In this document: piece after piece, positions 1 to 15,600 of the stretch
How positions within the stretch are numbered: position 1 is the stretch's first letter
Layout of the letters: every line of letters starts with the position of its first letter
NCBI GenBank assembly: GCA_963827475.1
Contig: CAWHAZ010000005.1
Location: forward strand, 448,001-512,000
DNA from: an uncultured Chloroflexia bacterium
Lineage (GTDB): Bacteria > Chloroflexota > Limnocylindria > QHBO01
Direction of reading: 5' to 3'
DNA length: 64,000 nucleotides
Notes under the pieces: model-generated
Told to the model about the DNA's origin: nothing
Databases searched by the model: none
The model's input: the letters and a program-made list of their open reading frames with translations, nothing else
Position numbers and translations under genes: made by a program

Positions 1-4284
<4,284 letters not shown>

Positions 4285-4417
4285 GGAAGGGCAGTCCTCG
4301 GTGTGAAATCAGGGGTGGTGCAGCGCGGATTCGGCCGGGGGCCGATCGGCGGCGGAGTATAGCACCGAGGTGCTCTCGACACGCCGCGGCGCATTCGGCG
4401 ACAATCCGCCAGATTCG

Positions 4418-6272
4418 ATGCGTACCCCCGCGGTTGCGAGCCCAGGCGCCGACGTCACTCCCGGGTCGGACATCGCGCGCCGTCTCCAGGCCCTTCCCCG
4501 TTCGGTCGTCGTCGCCCTCGTGGCGGCCGGCGTTCGTTCTCGCCATGCTGCTCATTCCGGCCGTGGTCGCGGGCGGCCTCGGCCTCGTGCTCGACGGGCG
4601 GGTCATGCCCAGCGTGGCGGTCGCCGGGGTCGACATCGGCCTGCTGACAGCGGCCGAGGCCGAGGCCCGCCTCCGCGAGCAGCTCCCGGACATCACCGCC
4701 GGCCAGCTCACCGTCACCCTGGATGGGGAGGCCACCCGTGTTCCGCTGACCGAGCTCGGCCGCGACCACGACTACGCCGGCCTGGTGGCGGCGGCGATGG
4801 CGGTCGGCCGCAGCGGCGATCCCCTGGCGGACGGCCGTGAGCGCTTGGCGGCGCTCGTGCTCGGCAGCCGGATCCCCGACGCGGTGGCCGTCGACCCCGA
4901 ACGCCTCGATCAGCTCGTCGTCGACACGGCCACCCGGGTCTTCACGTCACCCATCGACGCGGCGGTGGTGACCAACCCCGACGGGACGTACGCCATCTCG
5001 CCTCCCCTCGAAGGCCGGCGAATCCATCCGGATGCCATTCGGGCCGCGGTGCTTTCGACCGTGCTCGAACCGGACGCCACCGAGCCGGCGGTCACGCTGG
5101 TCAGCGAGCCGATCCCGTTCACCGTCACCCAGGGCCAGGCCGCCGCGGCCGCGGGCGCGGCCCGCGCGATGTTCGCCGCCCCGCTGGCCCTCACCGACGG
5201 GACCACCAGCTTCGCGGTGGCGGCGGAGGACATCCGCGCGGCGGTCACCTTCGGGACGCGAATCGACGACAGCTACGGGGTCCTCCTCGACCGTGCCGCT
5301 CTGGCCGCCGCCCTGGCGCCCCACGTGGCCGCCGTCCACCTCGACCCGCAGGACGCGACGTTCACGTTCGACGGGGCCACCCTGAACGGCGTCCAGCCCG
5401 CGGTCACCGGCCGCGACCTCAACGTGCCCGGGACGGTGGCGGCCATGGTCGACGGCCTCGAGTTGCGTGGGGACGGGATCGAAACCCCGTCGGTGGCGCT
5501 CGCCGCATCGGTCGTGGAGCCAACCCTCACCACCGCCGCCGCGACCGAGATGCTCCCGAACATGGTCCGCCTCTCGACCTGGACCACGCGGTACGTGCCG
5601 TCGAGCGGCAACGGCTTCAGCGCAAATATCAGCATCCCGGCCATGGCCATCGACCAGATGGTCATCCTGCCCGGCGAGGACTTCGACTTCTGGCGCGACA
5701 TCGGTCCGGTGACCGCCGAGCGCGGCTACACCTACGGCGGCGCGATCATCGACGGCCGGAGCACGGGTGACCAGGCGATCGGCGGCGGGATCTGCTCGAC
5801 CTCGACCACGATCTTCAACACCGCGCTGCGGGCCGGGCTCCAGATGGGGGAGCGCGCGAACCACTACTACTACATCGATCGCTACCCGATGGGCCTGGAC
5901 GCGACCGTCTTCGCGACCTCGACCTACGAGCAGAGCATGACCTTCACCAACGACACCGAAGGACCGATCGTCATCCGCTCCTTCGCGTCCCCCGGCCTGG
6001 TCCGGTTCGACCTGTGGGGCCTGCCCACCAACCGCGTCGTGTCCTTCTCGACGCCGGTCATCTGGAACCGGAGGACCGCCGGCGACACGGTGGAGTACAC
6101 CGCGACCATGCCGGCGGGGACGAGCAAGCGCGTCGAGTTCCCGCACAATGGCCTCAGCGTCAGCGTGACCCGGACCGTGACCGACGCCACCACCGGCGAG
6201 GTCATCCACACCAACATCTACAACAGCTACTACCAGACCGTGAACGGGGTGACCCTGATCGGCACCGGCTGA
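4418..6272 (+). CDS. VanW-family protein with N-terminal membrane anchor and peptidoglycan-binding (YoaR-like) region; apparent frameshift near 4535
   Basis: GGGICSTSTTIFN, ERANHYYY, GLDATV VanW motifs. ATG 4418 (MRTPAVA...VVVALVAAG) joins the long frame after one indel. Start is uncertain. Confidence 0.8.
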
Positions 6273-6325
6273 CGCCGACCACGGACCAATAGACCGATGC
6301 GGGCGCCGGGCTAGACTTGCCCGCC

Positions 6326-8137
6326 GTGACAGCCCGCGAGCGGATGCGCAACTTCTCGATCGTCGCCCACATCGACCACGGCAAGAGCACGCTCGCCGAC
6401 CGGCTGCTGGAGGCGACCCACACCATCGACCCGCGCCAGATGACCAGCCAGGTGCTGGACTCGATGGACCTCGAGCGGGAGAAGGGGATCACGATCAAGG
6501 CCCGCGCGGTGCGCCTGCTGCACACCGCGGCCGACGGCCAGGAGTACGTGCTCAACCTCATCGACACGCCCGGCCACGTTGACTTCTCGTACGAGGTGAG
6601 CCGATCGCTCCAGGCCTGCGAGGGGGCGCTGCTGGTCATCGACGCCAGCCAGGGGATCGAGGCCCAGACGCTGGCCAACGCCCAGCTGGCCACCGAGCAG
6701 GGGCTGGTCATCATCCCGGTCATCAACAAGGTGGACCTGCCCAGCGCCGACCCGGCGATGGTCATGGCCGAGCTCGAGGAGACGCTCGCCATTCCCCGCG
6801 AGGAGGCGATTCTGGCCTCGGCCAAGGACGGGACCGGGGTCGACGAGATCCTCGAGGCGATCGTCTCCCGGATCCCGGCGCCGCCCGGGGACCCTGACGC
6901 GCGGCTCCAGGCCCTCGTCTTCGACAGCCACTACGACCCGTACAAGGGAGTGGTGGCCTACGTCCGGCTGGCGAACGGCACGCTCCACGACCACGACAAG
7001 ATCCGGTTCATGGCCACCGGGGTGACCTCCGAGATCCTCGAGCTCGGCTGGTTCCGCCCGCAGGCGGTGGCCGCTCCGACCCTGGCCGCCGGGGAGGTGG
7101 GGTACGTCGCCACCGGCCTGAAGTCGATCGCCGAGGCCCGGGTCGGCGACACGCTGACCTCCGCCCGCCACTCCGCCCCGGAACCGCTCCCCGGCTACCG
7201 CCCCGTGCTGCCGCTGGTGTTCGCCGGCATCTACCCGCTGCGCGGCGATGACTACCCGCTCTTGCGCGACGCGCTGGACAAGCTCCACCTGAACGACGCC
7301 TCGTTCGTGTGGGAGCCCGAGTCCAGCGTGGCCCTGGGCCACGGCTTCCGCTGCGGGTTCCTCGGCCTGCTCCACATGGAGATCGTCCAGGAACGGCTCG
7401 AGCGCGAGTTCGACCTCGACCTCATCGCCTCCGCGCCGTCGGTCGAGTACCGCGTCCGTCGGATCGGCGGGGGCGAGGTCGTGGTCGACAACCCGGCCCG
7501 CATGCCTCCGCCGGGCGAGCTCGAGGACATCGCCGAGCCGTGGGTCTCGCTCCAGGTCATCACCCCCACCGAGTACGTCGGGCCGGTGATGGAGCTGACG
7601 ACCGCCCGGCGGGGCGTCTTCGGCACCATGGAGTACCTCGACCCGCGACGGGTGAACATGCATTTCGAGATGCCGCTGGCCGAGCTCATCGTCGATTTCT
7701 ACGACCAGCTGAAGGGCCGATCGTCGGGCTACGCCAGCCTCGACTATGCCTTCATCGGCTATCGGTCAGCCGACCTGGTCAAGCTCGACATCCTGGTCAA
7801 CGGCGAGGCGGTGGACGCGTTGAGCCTGATCGTCCATCGGTCGAACGCCCCGCGCATCGGTCGCAGCCTGGTCGAGAAGCTGAAGGCCCTGATCCCGCGC
7901 CAGTCGTTCGAGGTGCCGGTCCAGGCGGCCATCGGTTCCCATATCATCAGCCGCGAGACGATCCGGGCCTACCGCAAGGACGTCATCGCGAAGTGCTACG
8001 GCGGTGACGTGACGCGGAAGCGGAAGCTGCTCGAGAAGCAGAAAGAGGGCAAGCAGCGGATGAAGCGGGTCGGCTCGGTCGAGATCCCGCAGGAGGCATT
8101 CCTCGCCGTGCTGCGCATGAACGAGACGACGCCCTGA
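6326..8137 (+). CDS. lepA: Elongation factor 4 (LepA)
   Basis: [33 protein letters not shown]. Confidence 0.98.
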   Translation: MTARERMRNFSIVAHIDHGKSTLADRLLEATHTIDPRQMTSQVLDSMDLEREKGITIKARAVRLLHTAADGQEYVLNLIDTPGHVDFSYEVSRSLQACEGALLVIDASQGIEAQTLANAQLATEQGLVIIPVINKVDLPSADPAMVMAELEETLAIPREEAILASAKDGTGVDEILEAIVSRIPAPPGDPDARLQALVFDSHYDPYKGVVAYVRLANGTLHDHDKIRFMATGVTSEILELGWFRPQAVAAPTLAAGEVGYVATGLKSIAEARVGDTLTSARHSAPEPLPGYRPVLPLVFAGIYPLRGDDYPLLRDALDKLHLNDASFVWEPESSVALGHGFRCGFLGLLHMEIVQERLEREFDLDLIASAPSVEYRVRRIGGGEVVVDNPARMPPPGELEDIAEPWVSLQVITPTEYVGPVMELTTARRGVFGTMEYLDPRRVNMHFEMPLAELIVDFYDQLKGRSSGYASLDYAFIGYRSADLVKLDILVNGEAVDALSLIVHRSNAPRIGRSLVEKLKALIPRQSFEVPVQAAIGSHIISRETIRAYRKDVIAKCYGGDVTRKRKLLEKQKEGKQRMKRVGSVEIPQEAFLAVLRMNETTP

Positions 8138-8802
8138 TGGGCGACTTCGCCGAATCCCTCCGCCTCTCGATCGCGATCGGGATGACCGTGTTCATGGTCG
8201 TCCTCCGTTTCGACCAGGAACGGATCATGCGGAGCGACTACTTCCGCAGCCGCTCGCGCTGGATGGGCCCGCTGAGCTACTACGGGCTCGTCCTGCTGTT
8301 CACGGCCGGGATCATCCTCATCCTGCCCCGCGGCCGCGCCTCACTCTTCCTGGTCGGGGGCGACCCGTCGGAGCTGCTGCCGGTGATGGTGGCGTTTGGG
8401 CTGGTCGGCGCCCTCAACGGCGCCGCCCTGGCGCTGGTGCGTTTCCGCTCCCTCGTCCCGCTTCCGTTGGACATGCTCCCCAGCCGGACCGTCGGCGCGG
8501 CGCTGAACGCGATGGCCGAGGAGCTCCAGTTCCGATCGGTCATCCTCGGCCTGATGCTGGTCGGCGGGCTGGAGGTGCCCCTGGCGGTCGCGCTGCAGGC
8601 GGTGATCTTCGGCGCCGCCCACCGCCGCGTCTGGCGGGAGCGCGACTGGTACTTCGTCATCGGCTCGGTGATCCTCGGCTACGCCTGCGGCCTGGTCACG
8701 GTCAACACCGAGACGGTGATCCCGGCCATGGTCGGCCACTTCGCGGTCACGATGGGCATCTTCGCCTTCGCCGGCGGCCGGCTGAGGATGCAGCGCATCT
8801 AG
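8137..8802 (+). CDS. CPBP/Abi (CAAX protease-like) intramembrane metalloprotease
   Basis: Multiple TM segments with EELQFR, FGAAH and a C-terminal GH motif. Translationally coupled to lepA. Confidence 0.75.
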   Translation: MGDFAESLRLSIAIGMTVFMVVLRFDQERIMRSDYFRSRSRWMGPLSYYGLVLLFTAGIILILPRGRASLFLVGGDPSELLPVMVAFGLVGALNGAALALVRFRSLVPLPLDMLPSRTVGAALNAMAEELQFRSVILGLMLVGGLEVPLAVALQAVIFGAAHRRVWRERDWYFVIGSVILGYACGLVTVNTETVIPAMVGHFAVTMGIFAFAGGRLRMQRI

Positions 8803-8812
8803 GAGGCTCTCA

Positions 8813-8830
8813 CCGATACGGTGGTATCGG
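8813..8830. promoter_or_regulatory. Palindromic operator candidate CCGATAC-N4-GTATCGG upstream of the sensor kinase
   Basis: Perfect 7-bp inverted repeat with a near-identical copy at 10797-10814. Confidence 0.6.
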
Positions 8831-8877
8831 ACACAGATCCTTCCTTCGGCTGACGACCCCGTTGTGACCCTGGAGTA

Positions 8878-10065
8878 GTGTCGGGACCGATGAACCGGAT
8901 TCGGGGCGCGCTGGGCGCGAATCCGCTGCTCGTGGACGCAGCCATCGCGGTGGGCCTCAGCGCGCTCTCGCTGTTTGCGTTGAGCGCGGGTGCGACCGAC
9001 CTCGGGCCGGCCGGCCCGGTGAACGTCGCGCTGCTGCTCCTGCAGACGATGCCACTCGTCCTCAGGCGACTGTTTCCGATCGGGGTCCTGGCCATCGTGG
9101 TGGGCTCGATGGCGCTCCAGGTCTGGCTCCTTCCCGACGGCGCCCATCTGAATGCGAGCCTTGGCATATTCGTCGCGCTCTTCACCATAGGCGAGCAGCT
9201 CGAGCGGCGCATCTCGCTGCCGCTTGCCGCGCTGGCCTGCGTCGTCCTCGGAATTGCCATCGTCCAGCACACCGGCGTCGCGACCGGGCCGCAGTCACTC
9301 ATTCAGACCCAGCTCTTTTTCCTCGCCTCGTGGTTCATCGGTGATGCTGCGCGGGTCCACCGCCTCTACACCGCTTCGCTCGAGGAGCAGACCCGGCTCT
9401 TGGCTCGCGAGCGTGAGGAGCGTGCTGGCCGCGCCATTCGGGAGGAGCGAGAACGGATCGCTCGTGAGCTCCACGACGCGGTCACCCACCACGTGAGCGT
9501 CATGGTCATCCAGGCCAGCGGCGCGCTCCGCTCGCTCGAAAAGCGCCCGGCGGAGAGTCGGGCGGCGCTGGAGGCCATTGGCACCACCGGCCGACAGGCG
9601 CTTACCGATATGCGGCGCATGCTCGGCATCCTCGGCCAGCCCGAGATCGCCGAGCCGGCGCCGGGGCTCGACCTGCTCGGCGAGCTCCTCGAGCAGGTCC
9701 GCTCGGCGGGACTCGTGGTCGAGCTGTCGATCCAGGGTGCGCCGCGGCAGCTGGACCCCGGCATCGAGCTGTCCGCGTACCGGATCATCCAGGAGGGCCT
9801 CACGAACTCTCTCAAGCACGCGGCTGGCGGGCGGGCCCGGGTGACCGTGAAGTACGAGCGCGATTCGCTCGACATCTCCATCGATGACGAACGGGGAGCG
9901 CGAGCGCGGGCCGAGGTCGAGGCGACGCACGACGGCGTCGGCCTGATCGGAATGCGCGAACGGGTCGCGATCTTGCGCGGCACCTTCGCCGCGCAGCCGA
10001 CGGCGACCGGTTTCCGGGTCACGGCAAGAATTCCGCTGGATGAGCCGATGGGCGCGCCGACATGA
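8878..10065 (+). CDS. Membrane sensor histidine kinase (HisKA_3, NarX/LiaS type)
   Basis: ERIARELHD H-box, QEGLTNSLKHA N-box, GVGLIGMRER. N-terminal TM helices. Confidence 0.93.
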   Translation: MSGPMNRIRGALGANPLLVDAAIAVGLSALSLFALSAGATDLGPAGPVNVALLLLQTMPLVLRRLFPIGVLAIVVGSMALQVWLLPDGAHLNASLGIFVALFTIGEQLERRISLPLAALACVVLGIAIVQHTGVATGPQSLIQTQLFFLASWFIGDAARVHRLYTASLEEQTRLLAREREERAGRAIREERERIARELHDAVTHHVSVMVIQASGALRSLEKRPAESRAALEAIGTTGRQALTDMRRMLGILGQPEIAEPAPGLDLLGELLEQVRSAGLVVELSIQGAPRQLDPGIELSAYRIIQEGLTNSLKHAAGGRARVTVKYERDSLDISIDDERGARARAEVEATHDGVGLIGMRERVAILRGTFAAQPTATGFRVTARIPLDEPMGAPT

Positions 10066-10751
10066 GCATCCGCGTCCTGCTCGTCGACGACCAACAACTG
10101 GTCCGGACGGGTTTCCGCATGATCCTCGCCGACGAGGAAGGGATCGAGGTCGTGGGCGAAGCGGGCAACGGGCGCGAGGCGGTCGAGCTGGCCGCCGGGC
10201 TAAAACCCGATGTCGTGGTCATGGACGTGCGGATGCCGGTAATGGACGGGGTCGAGGCGACGCGGCAGCTGGCGACCGAGAACGGCGACGCTGGGCCACG
10301 GATCCTGGTCCTGACCACCTTCGACGCCGACGAGAATGTCGTCCAGGCCCTCCGCGCCGGTGCGAGCGGATTCCTGCTCAAGGATGTCCACCCCGCGGAC
10401 TTCGCTCAGGCGATTCGCATCGTCGCGGCAGGAGAAGCACTCCTCGCACCGTCGGTGACGCGCCGGCTGATCGACCGGTTCGCGCGCCTGTCCGTCCCCG
10501 CTGATGAGTTGCAAGTGGCGGAGCGCCTCCGGGACCTCACCGAGCGAGAGCGCGAGATCCTGGAGCTCGTCGCGAACGGCCTCTCGAATCGCGAGATCGC
10601 CCAGCGCCTCTCGCTGGCGGAGCCCACGGTCAAGACCCATGTCTCGCACTTGCTGATGAAGCTCGAGCTTCGGGATCGGGCCCAGCTGGTAGTGCTGGCC
10701 TACGAGCTGGGCGTCGTTCATCCGGGCTCCGCTGAGTCGCACGCCCGCTGA
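10062..10751 (+). CDS. NarL/LuxR-family response regulator
   Basis: VDDQ, MDVRMP receiver motifs and LTERE...TVKTHV HTH. Confidence 0.95.
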   Translation: MSIRVLLVDDQQLVRTGFRMILADEEGIEVVGEAGNGREAVELAAGLKPDVVVMDVRMPVMDGVEATRQLATENGDAGPRILVLTTFDADENVVQALRAGASGFLLKDVHPADFAQAIRIVAAGEALLAPSVTRRLIDRFARLSVPADELQVAERLRDLTEREREILELVANGLSNREIAQRLSLAEPTVKTHVSHLLMKLELRDRAQLVVLAYELGVVHPGSAESHAR

Positions 10752-10796
10752 CCTCAGGCTCATCGCGCCGGAGATTCGCGCCGCGGGGTGAGCCCG

Positions 10797-10814
10797 CCGA
10801 TACCGCGGTATTGG
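10797..10814. promoter_or_regulatory. Palindromic operator candidate CCGATAC-N4-GTATTGG upstream of the ABC operon
   Basis: Matches the arms of the 8813-8830 palindrome at 13 of 14 positions. Confidence 0.6.
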
Positions 10815-10932
10815 CCGTCACGCGGACAACCGAACCCAGAATCGTGGATTGATTCGCGACCATGGAATGACGACACGGACGCGAGCGAGACGGACCCTCC
10901 GGGTGTGTAGAACCACTGCGGAGGAAGAGCAG

Positions 10933-11892
10933 ATGACAGGACAGGCGGCCATCAGGATGGCCGGACTAACCAAGCACTACCCCGACGTCCAGGCGCTCAC
11001 CGACCTGACCTTGGACGTTCCCGTCGGGAGCATCTACGGCTTCCTGGGACCGAATGGGGCGGGCAAGACCACGGCGCTCAAGCTGCTTGCCGGACTGATC
11101 CGGCCGACCCGAGGCAGCGCCGAGGTGGCGGGGATCCCGGTCGCGGCCGGCCCGGCGTACCGTAGGCAGGTCGGATACCTCAGCCAGGAGCCGCGCTTCT
11201 ACGGGTGGATGACCGGCCGCGAGACGCTCGGGTTTGTCGGGTCGCTGCATCCGGCAGACGCTCGGCCGGACGGTGCACGGGTCCAGGAGGTCCTCGACCT
11301 GGTTGAGCTCGCCGAGGCGGCCGACCGGCCGGCGAGGACGTACTCAGGGGGTATGCGTCAGCGGCTCGGGATCGCCCAGGCCCTCGTGGCGCGGCCCGCG
11401 GTCCTTCTGCTCGATGAGCCGGTCAGCTCGCTCGATCCCATCGGCCGGCGAGAAGTGCTCGAACTGATGCAGCAGATCAAGGGCGAAGCGACCATCTTCT
11501 ATTCGACTCACATCCTGGACGACGTCCAGCGCGTGAGCGACCACGTCGCCATCCTCGACCACGGCCGTCTCGTCCGCGCCCAGCCGACGGCCGACCTCCT
11601 GTCCAGCTCAACTCGCGACCGGATGCGGGTCGCCCTCGGCTTCGCGACCGATGACACGGCGGTGGCGCTGGCAGCGATCCCCGGGGTGATCTCGGTCGAG
11701 CCCACCGAGCACGACGCCGAGTCGCGCACGTACGTGTTGCGCATCGATCCCGATGCGGCAGCACCTGTCCAGCGCGCCGTCACCCGACTCGCGGCCGAGT
11801 CCGACCTCACCGTCATCGATAACAGCCACGTCCGCGAGGACCTGGAGGACGTGTTCATTCGCCTCGTCGACACGAAGGAGCATGCCGCATGA
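10933..11892 (+). CDS. ABC exporter ATP-binding subunit
   Basis: GPNGAGKT, YSGGMRQR, LLDEP. GAGGAAGAG upstream of ATG 10933. Confidence 0.93.
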   Translation: MTGQAAIRMAGLTKHYPDVQALTDLTLDVPVGSIYGFLGPNGAGKTTALKLLAGLIRPTRGSAEVAGIPVAAGPAYRRQVGYLSQEPRFYGWMTGRETLGFVGSLHPADARPDGARVQEVLDLVELAEAADRPARTYSGGMRQRLGIAQALVARPAVLLLDEPVSSLDPIGRREVLELMQQIKGEATIFYSTHILDDVQRVSDHVAILDHGRLVRAQPTADLLSSSTRDRMRVALGFATDDTAVALAAIPGVISVEPTEHDAESRTYVLRIDPDAAAPVQRAVTRLAAESDLTVIDNSHVREDLEDVFIRLVDTKEHAA

Positions 11893-12644
11893 CCGCCCTG
11901 TTTCCCGGGTTCTCCGGGCTCCTTCGCAAGGAGCTGCTCGAATGGCTTCGTGGCCGCCGCGCCTGGATCGTCCTGGCGGTGAGCGTCGCGTTCATGGCGC
12001 TCACCGCCCTCAACGCCTGGCTGCAGGAGACGATCGCCACGATGGAGGGCGTTGAGATCCCGCCGCCGAACATGGACCCCATGGTGAACCTCATGACGGC
12101 TGTCTCGACGCAGATCTTCGTCGTCGTGACGATTTTCGCGGTCATGAGCCTGCTCATCGTCGAGCGTGAGAGCGGGACCTTGGCGTGGACGGCCTCCAAG
12201 CCGGTCTCGCGCGCCGGTATCTGGCTGGCGAAGTGGCTGTCGGCAACCGGGATCCTGTGGCTGCTTGCCGGCCTCGTGCCGCTGGCGGCGACGATCGTGC
12301 TGGTCATCCTCCTGTACGGCCCTGTTCAGGCGGCGCCGATTGCCATCGTCGCGGTCGGCATCGGCATGTCGATTGCGCTCTTCGGCGCGATCGTCCTCGC
12401 CGCCTCGACCATCGTCACGAGCCAGGCCGCGGTGGCGGCCATCGGGCTGGCTGCTGTGTTCCTGCCGCAGGTACTCGGGGCCATCGTCCCCATTGGGCCG
12501 TATCTGCCGACGTCGATCCTCGAGTGGACGCTGGTAACGGCGAGCGGCCAGTCGGCCGAACTGGCCACACCGATCGTCTGGGCGGCGACCGTCGTCTTCC
12601 TGGTGGTCTTCGCCGCTCGGCGGATGGAGCGCATGGACCTCTAG
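11889..12644 (+). CDS. ABC-2 type permease
   Basis: About 6 TM segments, ERESGTL...KPVSR...LAKW motif. Coupled to the ATPase gene. Confidence 0.9.
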   Translation: MTALFPGFSGLLRKELLEWLRGRRAWIVLAVSVAFMALTALNAWLQETIATMEGVEIPPPNMDPMVNLMTAVSTQIFVVVTIFAVMSLLIVERESGTLAWTASKPVSRAGIWLAKWLSATGILWLLAGLVPLAATIVLVILLYGPVQAAPIAIVAVGIGMSIALFGAIVLAASTIVTSQAAVAAIGLAAVFLPQVLGAIVPIGPYLPTSILEWTLVTASGQSAELATPIVWAATVVFLVVFAARRMERMDL

Positions 12645-12689
12645 CCCAGAGGTATTCGCGCGGGGTATCACGGCCGTACACTCGGCCGG

Positions 12690-15600
12690 ATGACACCCTG
12701 CCCGAACTGCGGCAGCTCGAACGCGGAGAACGCGCGGTTCTGCTCGAACTGCGGGCATGCCCTCGTGACCCGGGTGGGAATCGAGGAGCGGCGCCACGTG
12801 ACGGCCCTCTTCGCCGACCTCGTCGCCTCGACCGCCCTCTCGGACCGCCTCGATCCGGAGATCGTCCGCCGGGTCGTTTCCCAGTTCTTCGAGCGCACGA
12901 TCGAGGAGATCCGCCGTTTTGGCGGGAGCGCGGAGCAGTTCCGCGGGGACGCGGTGATGGCCCTCTTCGGTCTCCAGCAGGCCCACGAGGATGACCCGGA
13001 GCGGGCGGTTCGCGCCGCGTTCGCGGTCCGCGACGGCCTGGCAGCCCTGGCGCCGGACGCCGCCCAGCGCCACGGCATCGTGCTCCAGCTGAGGATTGGG
13101 ATCGAGGCCGGCGAGGTTGTCGTCGGCGACCCATTCGGCGGATCGACGATGGCGACCGGCGATGTCCTGAACCTCGCCGCCCGGCTCGAGGAACACGCCG
13201 AACCCGGCGAGATCGTGGTCGGCCCCGCCGTCCATGCCGCGACCGCCAGGGACATCACCTACGAGAGTGCGGGAAGGTGGGAGGTCCGCGGCAAGACGGA
13301 GCCGATCGAGACCTGGCGAGCCGTAACCCTTCCACCCGAGCCGGGTGGGCTCCGGGGCCTTCCCGGCCGTTCGGCGCCGCTCACCGGACGAGACGAAGAG
13401 ATCGCCCTGCTGCGTGATGCGGCGCGGCGTGTCGCCAACGACCGCAAGACGATCCTGTTCACCATCCTTGGCTTGCCCGGGGTCGGGAAGAGCCGGCTTG
13501 CCCGCGAGCTGGCCGACGAGCTGGAAGCGACCGGATGGCGGGTCCTGTACGGGCGTTGCCTTCCCTACGGCGAGGGCATCACCTACTGGCCGCTGGGCGA
13601 GGTCATCCGTGACCTGGCGGGGATCACGCCCGAGCTCACGAGCGCCCAGGCGCAGGAGCGCCTGGGCGCGGTCTCCCCGGACCAGGACACGGCGGATCTG
13701 CTGGCCTTCGCCATCGGACTGCGGGCGGACGCCCCGGTGAGCGGTGAGGCCCTGGATCGCGAGATCGCGTTCGCCGTCCGCCGCCTGGTGGAGTCGCCGG
13801 CAGCCGAGCGCCCGATCCTGCTGGTGGTCGAGGACATCCACTGGGCCGAGCCGCCGCTCCTGGACATGCTCGAGTACCTCGCGACCTGGACCCGCGATCG
13901 CTCCCTTCTCATCGTGGCCCTGGCCCGGCCGGACCTCATCGATCACCGGCCGGCATGGGGCTCCGGGCGGATGGAAGCATCACGGCTCCACCTGGAGGCG
14001 CTCTCCCGCGAGCAGGCAACGTCCCTCGTCCACGCCCTGCTCGCGGTGGACGGGCTGCCGGACCGCCTGCGCGGCCAGGTCCTGGACCGTGCCGAGGGCA
14101 ACCCGCTGTTTGTCGAGGAGACGATCCGGATGCTCATCGACGACGGGTCCGTCGTCGAGCGCGACGGGGCCTGGGTGGCGGCCAGCGAGCTGGCCGAGGT
14201 CGAGGTTCCCGAGACCATCGAGGCGCTCGTCCGCGCGCGCCTTGACGCGCTCCCGCGCGACGAACGGTCAATCCTCCAGGGTGCGGCGGTCATCGGCCGG
14301 ACCTTCCAGCGCTCGGCGCTGGCGACCCTCATGGAGGAGCCCGTCGACGCCTTGCTCGAGCAGGCCGTGCTCCGCGACTTCGTCACCGAGGAGCCCGCGG
14401 CCGACCCGTCCTACCGGTTCAAGCACACCGTCATCCGCGACGTGGCCTACGCGTCGCTGCCCAAGGCCCGCCGGGCGGCCCTCCACCGGCGGACGGTCGA
14501 CTGGCTGACCGATTGGGCCGGCGACCGGCTGGACGAGTTCGTCGAGATCGAAGCCCACCACCTCGAGCAGGCAGTCCTGCTCGAGGCCGAGCTGCAGGGC
14601 CATGCGGACGCCGACCTGGTCGACCGGGCCATCGCGGCCCTCGGCCGCGGCACGGCGAAGGCCGCGGCGCGGGACGACCTGCCTGCGGTGATCTCGTTCG
14701 CGCGCCGCGCGCTGGCCATCGCGCCGCCGGAGTCCGAGGCGCGACTCGAGATCGAGACGATGCTGCTCGAGGCCCTGTTCGAGAGCGGCGACTTCGCCGC
14801 CGGCCGGGTTCTGGCCGCGTCGGTCGCGGAGGGCGCCGCACCCGCGGGTCGGCGGGATCTGCGGGGACGGGCCCTGCTGCGGATCGGGGTCGACACCGCC
14901 GTCGGGACCGGCGGCGACCGCGACGTCAAGCGCGGGGTGGAGATCCTCCACCAGGCCCGGGAGGAGCTCCGTGCCGCCGGCGACCTCGCCCACGAGTCCG
15001 ACGTCCTGTACTACCTCGGCTTCGGCGGCCTGATCGACGGGAACCTGGAGGCCGCCCTCGGCGCCTGGCAGGAAGCCGCAGCCCTGGCCCAGCGGGCGGG
15101 TGACGCGGGACGCGAGATCCGCGCCCTGCAGCGGGTCTCCCACATCCTGTTCGATGCCGGCCGACGGGACGAGGCGGAGCAGCTCCTGCTCCAGTCGGCG
15201 GAGCGCGCCTCGGAGCTCAGCCTCGTCACCCAGGCCCAGGTCTGGAAGTCGCAGGGCCAGTACCTGACCCGCTACGGCATCGACCTCGAGGGCGGACGGG
15301 CACTCCTGGAGCGTGCGCTCGAGGTCGGGGAGCAGTCGGGCGACTTCGACCTGCGGATCGGGTCGCTGACCGGGCTGGCGGAGGCGGCCGTCGTCAGCGG
15401 GGACCGAGCCGGGGCGCTGCGCTGGGCAGCGATCCACCTGGACCTCGTCACGTCCCTGGATCAGGACTGGATGGTCGCCGCCGCGGAGCATTGGATGGCC
15501 CAGGCCCTGCTGGCTGCCGGCAACCCGGCTGCCGCGGAGCCCCACGCGCAGCGCGCGGTGGAGTACGCGACCGGGGACGACGTCTCGATCGCGGCCAACG

